Source: Candidatus Eiseniibacteriota bacterium
GTDB taxonomy: Bacteria > Eisenbacteria > RBG-16-71-46 > SZUA-252
Direction of reading: 5' to 3'
Assembly (NCBI GenBank): GCA_963703225.1
Contig: OY969801.1
Location: forward strand, 1,472,001-1,536,000
Length of the DNA stretch: 64,000 nucleotides
The notes beneath the pieces were generated by a model. The model was not told where the DNA came from and ran no database searches. It worked only from the letters and a program-made list of their open reading frames with translations. Made by a program: the position numbers and the translations under genes. Below, piece by piece: positions 1-9,419 of this stretch (positions are counted from its first letter, which is position 1; each line of letters opens with the position of its first letter).

Positions 1-874
1 CACGGAGACGAGTCGCAATGGTCCGAAAACGCGCGCACCCGAGCACCCGACGCAGGATCGGCTCCGCGCGGCTGAGCCGCGCGTAGTGGGCCCAGGATCG
101 GAGTCGGCTCGGACCCACCCTCGGTTGATCGGGGTCAAGCTCCCACGGGTGCACATTCACCACGAGGGGCTCGCGGCGTCTGAGGTGGTGGCGCACCGCA
201 TAAATCGTGAGCGATGCAGGCAGGAGCCGAAGGTAGGCGCCGGCGAGGACCGGGAGCCGCACGGGACCGATCGGCAGGGTTGGCAGGGGAAATTCCGCCA
301 GGGTGTGCCGCTCTCCCCCCAGCATCGCCGGTCGCGTCGGGCCCTCTGGATAGCCATAGCGCCGCCGACGAATCGGGTAGACGCTCGAATCGTACTCGTA
401 GCCCGCCTCCGCAAGCACGTCGATCGCCCAGAGCGTGTGGCGATTGATGCTGTAGCTCGGCGCCCGGAAGCCGAGGACAGGGGCGCCCGCCGCGTCCTCC
501 AAGACGGCCCGCGAATCGCGAGCGTCGACGCGAAAGCTCTCGACCGTCTGCTCGGTGAGCATCTGGTGGAACATGCCGTGGGAGGCGACTTCGTGGCCTC
601 GGGCGGCGATCTCTCGGACGAGCGCCGGCTGCTTGCGGGCGATCCACCCGAGAATGAAGAAGGTGGCCGTCGCCTTCGCCTCCTCGAATAGGTCCAGGAG
701 GAGCCTGGTGCTCTGCCCCACGCGCGATGGCCAGCGGTCCCAGGCATCGCGCCGGACATATCGCGCGAACGCCTGCACCTGGAAGTATTCCTCGACGTCA
801 ACGCTGAGGGCGAATGGAGCCTCGGGCCCGACTGCAAGCAAGGGCTCGTCGTCCGAGCGGATTCGCGTGTCCAC
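1..874 (-). CDS. Polysaccharide deacetylase, XrtA/PEP-CTERM locus subfamily (DUF3473-type); runs off the left window edge
   Basis: Manual translation from GTG 874: ...FALSVDVEEYFQVQAF...ATFFILGWIARKQPALVREIAARGHEVASHG (NodB motifs). Absent from the ORF track because there is no stop in the window; start uncertain. Confidence 0.85.
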   Translation of the reverse strand, partial: MDTRIRSDDEPLLAVGPEAPFALSVDVEEYFQVQAFARYVRRDAWDRWPSRVGQSTRLLLDLFEEAKATATFFILGWIARKQPALVREIAARGHEVASHGMFHQMLTEQTVESFRVDARDSRAVLEDAAGAPVLGFRAPSYSINRHTLWAIDVLAEAGYEYDSSVYPIRRRRYGYPEGPTRPAMLGGERHTLAEFPLPTLPIGPVRLPVLAGAYLRLLPASLTIYAVRHHLRRREPLVVNVHPWELDPDQPRVGPSRLRSWAHYARLSRAEPILRRVLGCARFRTIATRLR

Positions 875-998
875 TCCTTCTCCGGTCGGGGTGCGATGCC
901 GCCGCGCGGCTTGCACGGAGTGGAAGCATACGGTTCGGGAGGGGCGCCGGGAAAGCGGGATCTAACGCTGAGCGGTTCGGCCGCGCCGCTACACAGCG

Positions 999-1976
999 CT
1001 ACGGCACGATGGCGAGCTGGGTCACCTGGCGGCCCCGAGGCGTGTCGAGGATCGCGTTGTAGAGGCCGGGTGCCAAGGCTTCTCCCTGATCGGATTGGCA
1101 GTGCCACTCGATCGTGCTTTGTCCCGCCGGAAACACCTCGTCGAGGACCTTGCAGACTCGTTGCCCCGTGACGTCGTAGACGACGAGGCGGGCGCGTCCG
1201 GGCGCTCCGTCGGCCGTCCCGGCCTGAAAGCGGATCGTCACTCTTCCCTTCGCCGGATTGGGGTAGACGACCATCGCCGCGGTGGTCGTGGGCAATCCGC
1301 TCCCCGGCACGGTGATCGTGGCAAGCGCGGGGGCGCTCTCATTGGTGCCGGAGTAGGAGGCGATGCTGTATTCGTACGTCGTGCCGGCCACCACCGAGGT
1401 GTCGGTCCAGCTCGTCTGATTGACGGGCGCCGTCTGCACCAGGGTGCCGATCGGGTTGGATCCCGTGCGCCGATAGAGGTGATACCCGGCCGGGCTTCCC
1501 GTTGTGACCATGTTCCAGCTCAGACGAACGTCACCCGCCACGATCTGGGCGGCGAAGCCGGAGGGCGTTGCGAGCGTCCCACCCCCCGTTCCCGTGGTCT
1601 TCACGGCGACGTTGGAATAACCCGCCCAGTTAGGCACTTCGTCGGCCGTGCGGATGATGAAGTAGTAGGTCGTTCCCGAGTCCAGCCCGGCCACCGCGAA
1701 CGATTCGCGGGTCCCCGCGGTCAGGGGTTGGGGGAGCGCCCCGGCGCTGGTCGCCGAGCCCCACCAGTAGGCCGTGTCGGCCGGAACCGCGGTCTCGGAA
1801 TAGCGGAGCTCGTAGGCCGACGCGCGACCGACGTTTCCGTCGTCCCCGGGCGCGGTCCATCGAAGCGTCACCGAATCGGCGCGGGCCCCGGAGGGCGCCA
1901 GGAGCGCGATCGCCATCGCGGCCCCCAGCACTCGCCGAAGCATGGACACGGAATGTCGGGTCGGCTTAGACGACAT
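999..1976 (-). CDS. Secreted protein: signal peptide, two FN3-like domains, C-terminal FlgD-Ig/T9SS-like domain
   Basis: RRVLGAAMAIALLAPSGARA signal; SVTLRWTAPGDDG...GLDSGTTYYF; second FN3 (VRLSW...YHLYR...WTD...TYEY); YPNP...RLVVYDVTGQRV...GLY tail. ATG 1976 has a purine-rich RBS. Confidence 0.85.
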   Translation of the reverse strand: MSSKPTRHSVSMLRRVLGAAMAIALLAPSGARADSVTLRWTAPGDDGNVGRASAYELRYSETAVPADTAYWWGSATSAGALPQPLTAGTRESFAVAGLDSGTTYYFIIRTADEVPNWAGYSNVAVKTTGTGGGTLATPSGFAAQIVAGDVRLSWNMVTTGSPAGYHLYRRTGSNPIGTLVQTAPVNQTSWTDTSVVAGTTYEYSIASYSGTNESAPALATITVPGSGLPTTTAAMVVYPNPAKGRVTIRFQAGTADGAPGRARLVVYDVTGQRVCKVLDEVFPAGQSTIEWHCQSDQGEALAPGLYNAILDTPRGRQVTQLAIVP

Positions 1977-2856
1977 GGTCCCCTTCCCCGGACGGCCCTT
2001 CGATCGACGCGACCTGTTCGGTCGCGATCCGGCCGCCGTCTTCATAGGAGAGATCGCGAACCGGAGCCGGCGCGACCGTGTCGAGGGTCGTGCCGCTCGG
2101 CACGTTGGACAGGCCCGAAATGTTGCCTCCGTTGTCGGTCGTTCTCATGGCCAGGTAATAGGTCCTGCTCGGTTGGAGGCCGGTGATGATGAAGGTCTGC
2201 TGTGTGCCCGGCGCGACCGGGGCCGGCTCTCCCGTCACCGTTGTGGCCGAAGCCCAATTGCCGGTCGTGATCGGGGATGTGGAATAGCGAATGTCGTAGC
2301 TGGTGGCGGTCCCCGTCGTGCCGTCATCGCCGGGCGCGGTCCAGCGCACAGAGATGGAGGTGCCGGTCGACCCGGTCACCGTCAGGTCGGCGATCGCGGC
2401 GGGGGCTATGTTGTCGCCCGTCGTGGCTTTCACCGCGACGTTGGAGTAACCAGACCAGTTGGGCACCTCATCCGCGGCGCGGACGATGAAGTAGTAGGTG
2501 GTGACCGGTTGAAGCCCCCGAACCCGCATCGAATCGGTCGCGCCGGAGGTGCCTGGCACCGGCTCGCCCGTCACCTGGGTCGCGCTGTTCCACCAGGAGA
2601 GCGTGTCCGTGCCGGTAATGGCTACGGTTCGGTAGCGAAGGTCATACGTGGTCGCCCGGCCCACGGCACCATCGTCGCCCGGTGCGGTCCACTGGAGCAC
2701 GATGGATGAATCGGCCGAGGTTTGCGCCAGCGCCGCAACGGGCTTGAGCCCGCCGAGCAGCGCGACTGCTGCGAGGGCGACGATGACCGCAAACCTGGGG
2801 GAAACCTGCCCCAAGCGGCCGGGTGCACAGCTCGGGGCGCGTCGGTGGTCCAGCAT
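1966..2856 (-). CDS. Secreted tandem FN3-like (WTAPGDDG) protein with an orphan C-terminal strand
   Basis: Hydrophobic signal ending ALA; two WTAPGDDG...GL(Q)P..TYY domains; GGGGAGG RBS before ATG 2856. Confidence 0.85.
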   Translation of the reverse strand: MLDHRRAPSCAPGRLGQVSPRFAVIVALAAVALLGGLKPVAALAQTSADSSIVLQWTAPGDDGAVGRATTYDLRYRTVAITGTDTLSWWNSATQVTGEPVPGTSGATDSMRVRGLQPVTTYYFIVRAADEVPNWSGYSNVAVKATTGDNIAPAAIADLTVTGSTGTSISVRWTAPGDDGTTGTATSYDIRYSTSPITTGNWASATTVTGEPAPVAPGTQQTFIITGLQPSRTYYLAMRTTDNGGNISGLSNVPSGTTLDTVAPAPVRDLSYEDGGRIATEQVASIEGPSGEGDHVV

Positions 2857-2891
2857 GGATGTCCTCCCCTTCGGATGTGGCGGCCGCGGCG

Positions 2892-2938
2892 AAAAATGCC
2901 GGGCCACCATCGACCGTATTGATCCATGGCGGCCCGGC
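2892..2938 (-). terminator. Intrinsic terminator forming the riboswitch expression platform
   Basis: Minus strand GCCGGGCCGCCAT pairs with ATGGTGGCCCGGC (13 bp, one G-U) and is followed by ATTTTT; the 5' arm overlaps the 3' end of the aptamer. Confidence 0.8.
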
Positions 2939-3034
2939 TGGCATGTACCGAGGCGGACGCATGCGTCCGATTTCGGTCGTTAGCCCCGTGGCTCTGCGTC
3001 CTGCTCTTTCAGGCAGTTTGCTTTGGGCATGGAC
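2922..3034 (-). ncRNA. GEMM-I (c-di-GMP-I family) riboswitch aptamer, A20 variant (GEMM-Ib, predicted 3',3'-cGAMP sensing)
   Basis: Minus strand GTCCATG-CCCAAAGCAAA-CTGCCT-GAAA-GAGCAG-GACGCAGAGCCACGGGGCTAA...ATGCCAGCCGGGCCGC-CATGGAT: 7-bp P1, GAAA tetraloop P2, CTAA/ATG receptor in P3. Confidence 0.92.
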
Positions 3035-3069
3035 ATTGGCGCGTTGCCCTTCCCCCAGCGCCGAGATTC

Positions 3070-3085
3070 AGCATGATTGGTGCCA
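3070..3085 (-). promoter_or_regulatory. Sigma-54 (-24/-12) promoter upstream of the riboswitch
   Basis: TGGCACCAATCATGCT with GG-N10-GC spacing; predicted start site about 25 nt before the aptamer. Confidence 0.7.
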
Positions 3086-3236
3086 CGACGAAATCACGCG
3101 ATCGTTGCGAAGCGAACGACGGGGGTTTTGGGTGTTACGCGGACATGATGCAGTGAGCGAGGCCGCGTGCCGTCTGCACGACGTGCTCTGCAACCGGTGA
3201 AGGCCCAGAACGCGAACGCTGTCGGTTCTGGTCGGG

Positions 3237-4760
3237 CTAGGGATTCCTGTCGGCGCGGTGGAGGGTCGATCGAATGGAGGGGAGCATCTCCTCGACGAAC
3301 TGCTGCAGATGCACTGTCGCGCTCGGATCGTCCATCGCGGACGCGGAGAGCACGATGATGGCCGCCTTGTCTTGGTGGAGCACGAGGGTGGCGCGCGCTT
3401 GCAGGAGTTTCGCCCAGCTCGGGGCTGGTCGTGAACTCGTCGGGGAGCCAGTACCAATGCCAGACCAGCAGCCGCTCCCCCGGGGCCCGCACGTCCGTCT
3501 CCCGGACTTGGAGATCCTCGCCCCCCATCCGGATCGTCCGTCCCCGTTCGCCGAGATTTCGCCATCTTGGATCGTCCGGATCCACGATCGCGTTTCGAAA
3601 CTGGATCAATTCCCTCCCCTGGCTCTGCCGCTCATAGAGGGCGATGTAGCAGTGAACGATTGCCCCGTCCCTGACGTAGGCGCGGCTTGTCTCGGAAGCG
3701 GCGCCGGAATACGCCGGCTTCCAGCCGGGGGATTGTTCCGGCCGGCTTGTCCATCCGCCCCGCGGCGCGGGGGAGGAGATCGGGTTGGATCGGAGCCCGG
3801 CGTCGGATTTCGATCGATAGGAGAAGTATCCCGGCCAGATGACGAGCGCGAACGCCGCCAGGACGGAGACGACGGTCCACCGCGCCCCACCCGAAGCTGG
3901 GGCGCCGGTTTCCGGCACTTCCAGCCCTGGCGCCAGCCTCTCCGGCGGAACCGGGTCGCGAAATCTGGTGCCCACCGCAAAGAAGGCGGCCATCACGATG
4001 GCGAAGACGGTCCAGCCGATGGCGTAGTGGTCAAAGCCCTTCCCTAGGCGCATCTCGCTCAGATAGCCGACCAGGACCAGGACGTAGGCGCGGACGCCAT
4101 TGGCGATGATCGGAACGACGATCGACATGGCGGCGAATACGAAGACGCTTCCGCGTCTTTTGGTAGGTCAGGTAGGCGAAGAGGCAGCCGAGGGCAAAGC
4201 CCGAGACCAGAAAGCGAAGGCCGCTGCACGCCTCGGCGACCCGCCACTCCGCGAAGGGTGTCGTGAGGTAGAGCCCTTCCCGGACCACGGGCACTCCGCT
4301 CAACCGGAGGGCGCTCACCGCGAAGTCGGCTGTGAAGCGCATGAGCGCCTGGTTGGAACACGTCGCCGAACGGCACGGCAAAGAAGAGGTACGCGAGCGG
4401 AAACGCGAGCGACCGAGTGACCCGCGGTCCAAAGAAGGCGCAAACCAGCACGGGGATCATTCCGACGAGGGTGGCCTGTTCGACCAGGAGCGTTCCCGTC
4501 GCGCGGCCGAGGAGCCAGCAGGCTCCCAATGGCGGCAAGAGGGCGATGGCGGGGAGGTATGGTCGTGGCGTGAGCGGGGCGAGCGCCCCGCGCCTCACCC
4601 AAACGAGAAAGGCGCAGATCGGCAGAATGAGGAAGCCGTGCGCAAACGCGTTGGAGCCGCTCCAAACTTGGATGAACGATGCCGCGGTCTCGTGGTAGGC
4701 GGCGAGCGTCAGCAGAAGGGCGGCGGAGACAAAGTGCCGCCGCGAGGGGCCAGCGCCTCG
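3237..4760 (-). CDS. xrtA: Exosortase A (EpsH) fused to an EpsI domain; at least three frameshifts and no clear start codon
   Basis: Stitched frames give FAHGFLILP, FPLAYLFFAVPFG, WRVAEACSGLR (catalytic Cys), IIANGVRA, DHYAIGW, then EpsI YERQSQGREL and LLVWHWYW...AKLLQAR. Shifts near 4349, 4145 and 3414; stop at 3237. Confidence 0.85.
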
Positions 4761-4768
4761 GCGACGCG

Positions 4769-5797
4769 CTAGGGGAGGAGGACGATGCGGTCGCGGACTC
4801 GCTCCGACCCTACGGTCCCGAGAAGCTCGTAGTAGCCAGGGGCGACCGGCTTCCCCTCACGCCCCATCCGGGCCCACGTGATCTCGTTCGTCCCCGGTGG
4901 GTAGGTCGCGTCCGCCAGCGTGGCGATCCAATGGCCGTTCATATCGAACAGGCGCACGGAAACCGCCTGAGCGCTGGTACCTGCGACGTTGATGGCCAAT
5001 CGAATCGAGCCGCTGGCCGGGTTCGGGTAGGCGCGGATCGTTGATCCCGCTGGCCCGGCTGACGGCGGAGGGACGGGGATCCCCGGAGTCGTTACCGTCA
5101 CCGCCGACGTGGCCGGTCCTTCGCACGCGGCCCCCATCCAGGCGGCGCGATAGCGGTAGGTCGTCCCGGGCGCGACCGACGTGTCCAGATGGGATGTTTG
5201 ACCGAGAGACACATTGCGAAGCAGCGTCCAGGAGCCCGTCGCCCCCACGGAGCGGTAGAGATTGAGCGACACGGCGAGCGGATCCCCCGTCGATGCCCAT
5301 GAGACGAGCACCTGACCCGTGTCGGCCACGGCGTCGAACTGCCCGGGCGCGGAGGAGGGTGCGTTGCACGATTGTGTCGTACCCGGCGCGACGTTGGAGA
5401 AGCCCGAGATGTTCGGCACTTCGTCCAGCGCGCGGAGGACGAAATAGTACGTGGTTCCCTGCGTGAGCCCGGTCACTTTCGTGGAGTCGGTGGCGAAGGC
5501 CGAGGCGAGCGGAGGTCCCAGGGTGATCCTCTGCGTCGCGGGGTCGTTCCACCACGAGGTCGGGTCCGAGCCAACGGGCGTCGTGCTGTAGCGCAGCTGA
5601 TAGGCGCTCACCTGCCCGACGTCGCCATCGTCCCCGGGAGCGGTCCAGAGGAGCGTGAGGCTATTGTAGGGATTGGACTGCGCCGCGGCAGAGGCCGCCA
5701 CGCACAGGCCCAGAGCGCACGACAGAACCAAGCGGCCGAGGGCCGTCCACCCTCCACGGATCCTTCTGGTTGCTGCCGGGACCGCTCTCATTCCCAT
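4769..5797 (-). CDS. Secreted protein: signal peptide, two FN3-like domains, FlgD-Ig/T9SS-like C-terminal domain (paralog of 999..1976)
   Basis: LVLSCALGLCVAASAAA signal; LTLLWTAPGDDG; GLTQGTTYYF; AYPNP...VRLFDMNGHWI...APGYY; start uncertain. Confidence 0.8.
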   Translation of the reverse strand: MGMRAVPAATRRIRGGWTALGRLVLSCALGLCVAASAAAQSNPYNSLTLLWTAPGDDGDVGQVSAYQLRYSTTPVGSDPTSWWNDPATQRITLGPPLASAFATDSTKVTGLTQGTTYYFVLRALDEVPNISGFSNVAPGTTQSCNAPSSAPGQFDAVADTGQVLVSWASTGDPLAVSLNLYRSVGATGSWTLLRNVSLGQTSHLDTSVAPGTTYRYRAAWMGAACEGPATSAVTVTTPGIPVPPPSAGPAGSTIRAYPNPASGSIRLAINVAGTSAQAVSVRLFDMNGHWIATLADATYPPGTNEITWARMGREGKPVAPGYYELLGTVGSERVRDRIVLLP

Positions 5798-6407
5798 GTT
5801 TGGCTCCGATACAGGATGCTTGACAGAGGATGGGTCCGATCGACAACCCCTCCCGAGTCCGGTGGCACTTGCGCCAGCGTCTATCGCGAGGCCGCCGGAT
5901 GAGTTCTGATAGGTATCGGCGATTCCGCGAAGCAGTATGACGAAAAACTTCCTCCAGGGCCACCCCGCTCCGCGCTCCCAACGCGATGGGCGGCGCCGTC
6001 GAGGCGTAACGTTCGTGTTCCTATGTGAATACTCTCCAATGTTCTCCTTGTACCTGAATGATCGCCCGTGAACGATCGGCGAATTCCCAGGGTGACCTGG
6101 CATAGCGCAAGATCTGGATCGGAGGAACGAGGCTGGGAGCATCCACAGGGGCCACGGGAAATCGCCAGGTCATTCCTTCCATTGATGATGGACGCAATTC
6201 GTTCCATGGAGGAAACGAGTTGTCTGGACGATTCCCAGTCCTCAGGTACAATTCGTGCTAGTTACTGGGTCCGTATCGAGTCGGGCGGGGATTTTGCGGC
6301 ACTTCTGACGAATCGAACGACCCTCGGGCCACGTCGGTGTCGGGATCCGCGGGGGTTCCACTGCTATTTGAGACCCACATTCGCTTCTCACCATTTAGGA
6401 GCGCTAC

Positions 6408-8211
6408 ATGACTCGACTTCGCCTCGCTGTGGCTGCGCTGGGGCTTCTGTGGCTATGGCCATCGGCGGTTCTCGCGCAGGTCGGAGAGCTGGTGCACGAC
6501 GGCCCGCCGACGCCCGAGCAGATCTCGATGTACCTGCCGGTGACGGGCTCCCTGACGGCGACCGTTGCCACGGTGAGGTATCGGCAGACAGCGCTGTCGT
6601 CCTGGACGACCGCCCACCCGCTCTTTCGAATCCGGCCCAGCTACACCCCCGCGACGGTCGCCGACGCTTTCGCCGGGGTGATCACGGGTTTGATGCCGGG
6701 CACCGACTACACCGTGGAGGTCACAATTCCGGTGGGGGCCTCGTCCATCGTGAAGACGCTGGCCGCAACGACGCGGCCGCTCCCCAGTCCCGCCGGGACT
6801 CCCAACAAGACCATCGCCGCCGGATCGACGAGCGCCCAGATCCAGGCGGCGTTCGACGGACTCAATCCCGGCGACGTTCTGCAATTTGCCAACGGCACGT
6901 ATGACATCAACGGCCTCAGCCTCGACCGAGAGCGGCACCGACACGCAGCCGATCTACATCCGGGGCGCGAGCCGAGCCGGGGTGGTCCTGCGCGAGCCTT
7001 CGGGGCACATTATCCACCTGCTGAACGCTTCGAACGTCGTTTTCGAGGACCTCACCCTCCAGGGCCCGGCAGTCGACTCGGGCACAACCTCCAGCTCGGA
7101 AGGGTTTCGGTTCTGGGACGGGGATCCGCACCGGAGGGTCACGATCCGGCGGGTCACGGCGCGCGGCGTGGACAAAGGGGTCGTCTCCGACGCGGGGCTT
7201 CAGGAAATACTCGTGTACGACTGCACCTTCGCCGGCAACAACGTCTGGACGCAGCCGTTCTTGGATTCCAACATCTCCTGGAATGACGACGGCATCCGAG
7301 TTCCGGGCCAAGGGAATGCCGTGTTCAACAACACGCTCTCCGGCTTTGGAGATTCGTTCGCCATCAACGACGGCGTGCTCAACGCCGGCGTGCATTTTTA
7401 TCGCAACGACGTCCGGTGGACCGACGACGACGCGTTCGAGGGAGACTACGGTTATCGAAACATCACCTTCTACGACAACCGTATTGAGAACTCCATGACC
7501 CTCGTTTCGTTCGACCCGTTGAACGGCGGGCCGGCGTTCGTCTTTCGGAACTTCGCGATCAATACCGGGCGCAGCCCGTACAAGTTCAACAACACGAACA
7601 GCGGACAATTCATCTACAACAACACGGTGGTGCGGACCAACGGCACCGGGAACGGCAGCGGCGGACCCTGGGGATGGGTGCAGTTCAACAACGGAGACCA
7701 GCGCGCCTGGGGCTACCGGAACAACATCCTCGTCTACCAGGGGACCGGAAACGTATTGGTGATGGAAGCGGGCGGGAACAATCCGATCGACTTCACCAAC
7801 AACGCCTGGTATCCCAACAACGAGGTCTGGTGGAGCAATAGCGGTGGCTCTTTCACGTCGATGGCGGACGCGCGTGCGAACCTCCCCTCGACGACCCCCG
7901 TGTTCAGCACCAGCACCCAGCGGCACCAAAACGACGTGATCAGCGACGCGGACCCGTTCATCGTGAGCATCTCGTTGGGCAGCACGTACCTGAATCAGGT
8001 AACCACTTTGTATTCTCCATTTCTCGCCGCGGGCACCTCCCCGCGAGGAGCTGGCGTAGCAATCCCTGGCATCACGGATGGCTTCGGCGGCTCGGCGCCC
8101 GATATGGGGGCGATGATCACGGGCATTCCGGCCCCGACGTGGGGAGACCGCGGCGCCGGTCCGGCTGACAATGTGCCGCCGCTACCACCGACGAACCTCA
8201 TCGCGCGATGA
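6408..8211 (+). CDS. Secreted protein with an N-terminal FN3-like domain and a right-handed parallel beta-helix (pectate-lyase-like fold); frameshift near 6930
   Basis: Signal peptide; GLMPGTDYTVEV; IQAAFDGLNPGDVLQFANGTY; after the shift SGTDTQPIYIRG, Asn-rich coils (YNNT, RNNI) and APDMGA; AGGAG RBS. Confidence 0.8.
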
Positions 8212-8262
8212 CGAGCCGAAGGCTCGCGACGCAGTGAACTGACGAACCCGGGAGCCACGACG

Positions 8263-9408
8263 ATGACAGCATGCTCGGAGCGGAACCATCAGGGGGTTGT
8301 GGCCTTCGGACTCCTTTGCCGGGGGGCGGCGCGCCGATGGGCCCTCGGTTCGATGTTCGTGCTCTTCGTACCTCTCGCGTCGCATGCCTCCACGCTTTCC
8401 GACGCCGCGGCGGCGCTGCAGCCCGGACATTACGTGGCAATCAGCACGGGGCTCACGGGGGACGTCGACCTCAATCCAGACCCCAACGCGCCGAACTCGA
8501 TGCTCGATTACTCGGACAGCGGCGCCTGGGACCCGGTCCGCCACAAGTTTTCCTTCATCGGCAAGGAGGCCGGCTGCGGCAGTCCACTCCGGAACATCGT
8601 CTACGACGAGGCTTCCAATTCATGGAGCTATGGTTCCCTCCCGCCGTTCAACGGCTGCGGGCACGGCTACGATCAGAACGCCAGCGATCCGGTCACCGGC
8701 ACCCACTATTTCCGGCCCTACGACTCTCAGGTCTACAAGGAGACTGGTTCGGGCTGGACCCAACTGGCAAGCCTGCCCCAGCCCAACAGCATCGTCGGCG
8801 GTCTCGCGAAATCCCCGTACGGACTCTTGTATTCGGACTTTGTTTGGGACGCGTACTACGACGACGCGACGGGACAGCAGAGCACGGTGGACTTTGACAA
8901 TACGTATCCAGGCTGGCCGAACCTCGGCGGGTATCACAGCATTGCCGAGTATGATCCGGTCCACAACGTCTTCCTGATCGGCGGCGGGAACGACAGTCAG
9001 ATCATGTACAAGGTTACGATCGTCAGCGGTCGCCCGGTTCGGACGCGGCTCAACGACGCGCCGTTCACGATCGGCGTCGGCGAGGGCGACCAACACACGA
9101 ACGTGACCGCCGACCCCGTGACGGGAGAGTTCATCATCTACCGCCGGTCGACGGGTACCTTTTACGGCTACAACATCATGACCGACACCTGGCGAACGCT
9201 GGGTACATCGGGCGACGGTCGCATGCCCCCCATCCCCTCCACCAGCGGCGGCACCAGCGCCGTGGCCGCGCCGATCAATTCCTACGGCGTCATCATGTAC
9301 ATAGGCCAGAATGGCTCGCAGGCTTCGGTCTATCTCTACAAGCACGCGACCGCGGGTCCGCCGGACCTCACGCCCCCCAATCGTCCGGCCCAGCTGATCG
9401 CGCGCTAG
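8263..9408 (+). CDS. Secreted beta-propeller-like (Kelch-like) hypothetical protein
   Basis: Signal peptide ending ASHA; repeated AWDP/ASDP/EYDP/TADP and YDxxxxxW units. Confidence 0.7.
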   Translation: MTACSERNHQGVVAFGLLCRGAARRWALGSMFVLFVPLASHASTLSDAAAALQPGHYVAISTGLTGDVDLNPDPNAPNSMLDYSDSGAWDPVRHKFSFIGKEAGCGSPLRNIVYDEASNSWSYGSLPPFNGCGHGYDQNASDPVTGTHYFRPYDSQVYKETGSGWTQLASLPQPNSIVGGLAKSPYGLLYSDFVWDAYYDDATGQQSTVDFDNTYPGWPNLGGYHSIAEYDPVHNVFLIGGGNDSQIMYKVTIVSGRPVRTRLNDAPFTIGVGEGDQHTNVTADPVTGEFIIYRRSTGTFYGYNIMTDTWRTLGTSGDGRMPPIPSTSGGTSAVAAPINSYGVIMYIGQNGSQASVYLYKHATAGPPDLTPPNRPAQLIAR

Positions 9409-9419
9409 ACGCGGCGCGG

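Noticed and set aside
999..2856. The two adjacent FN3 genes as one frameshifted gene
   Set aside because: The downstream gene has its own RBS, ATG and signal peptide, and overlaps the upstream stop by 11 bp
5863..5876. TGGCACTTGCGCCA near-palindrome as a sigma-54 promoter
   Set aside because: GG-N10-GC spacing is not met on either strand
6283..6298. Possible sigma-54 site GGGCGGGGATTTTGCG upstream of 6408
   Set aside because: Spacing is right but the -24 match is weak, so it could be chance in GC-rich sequence
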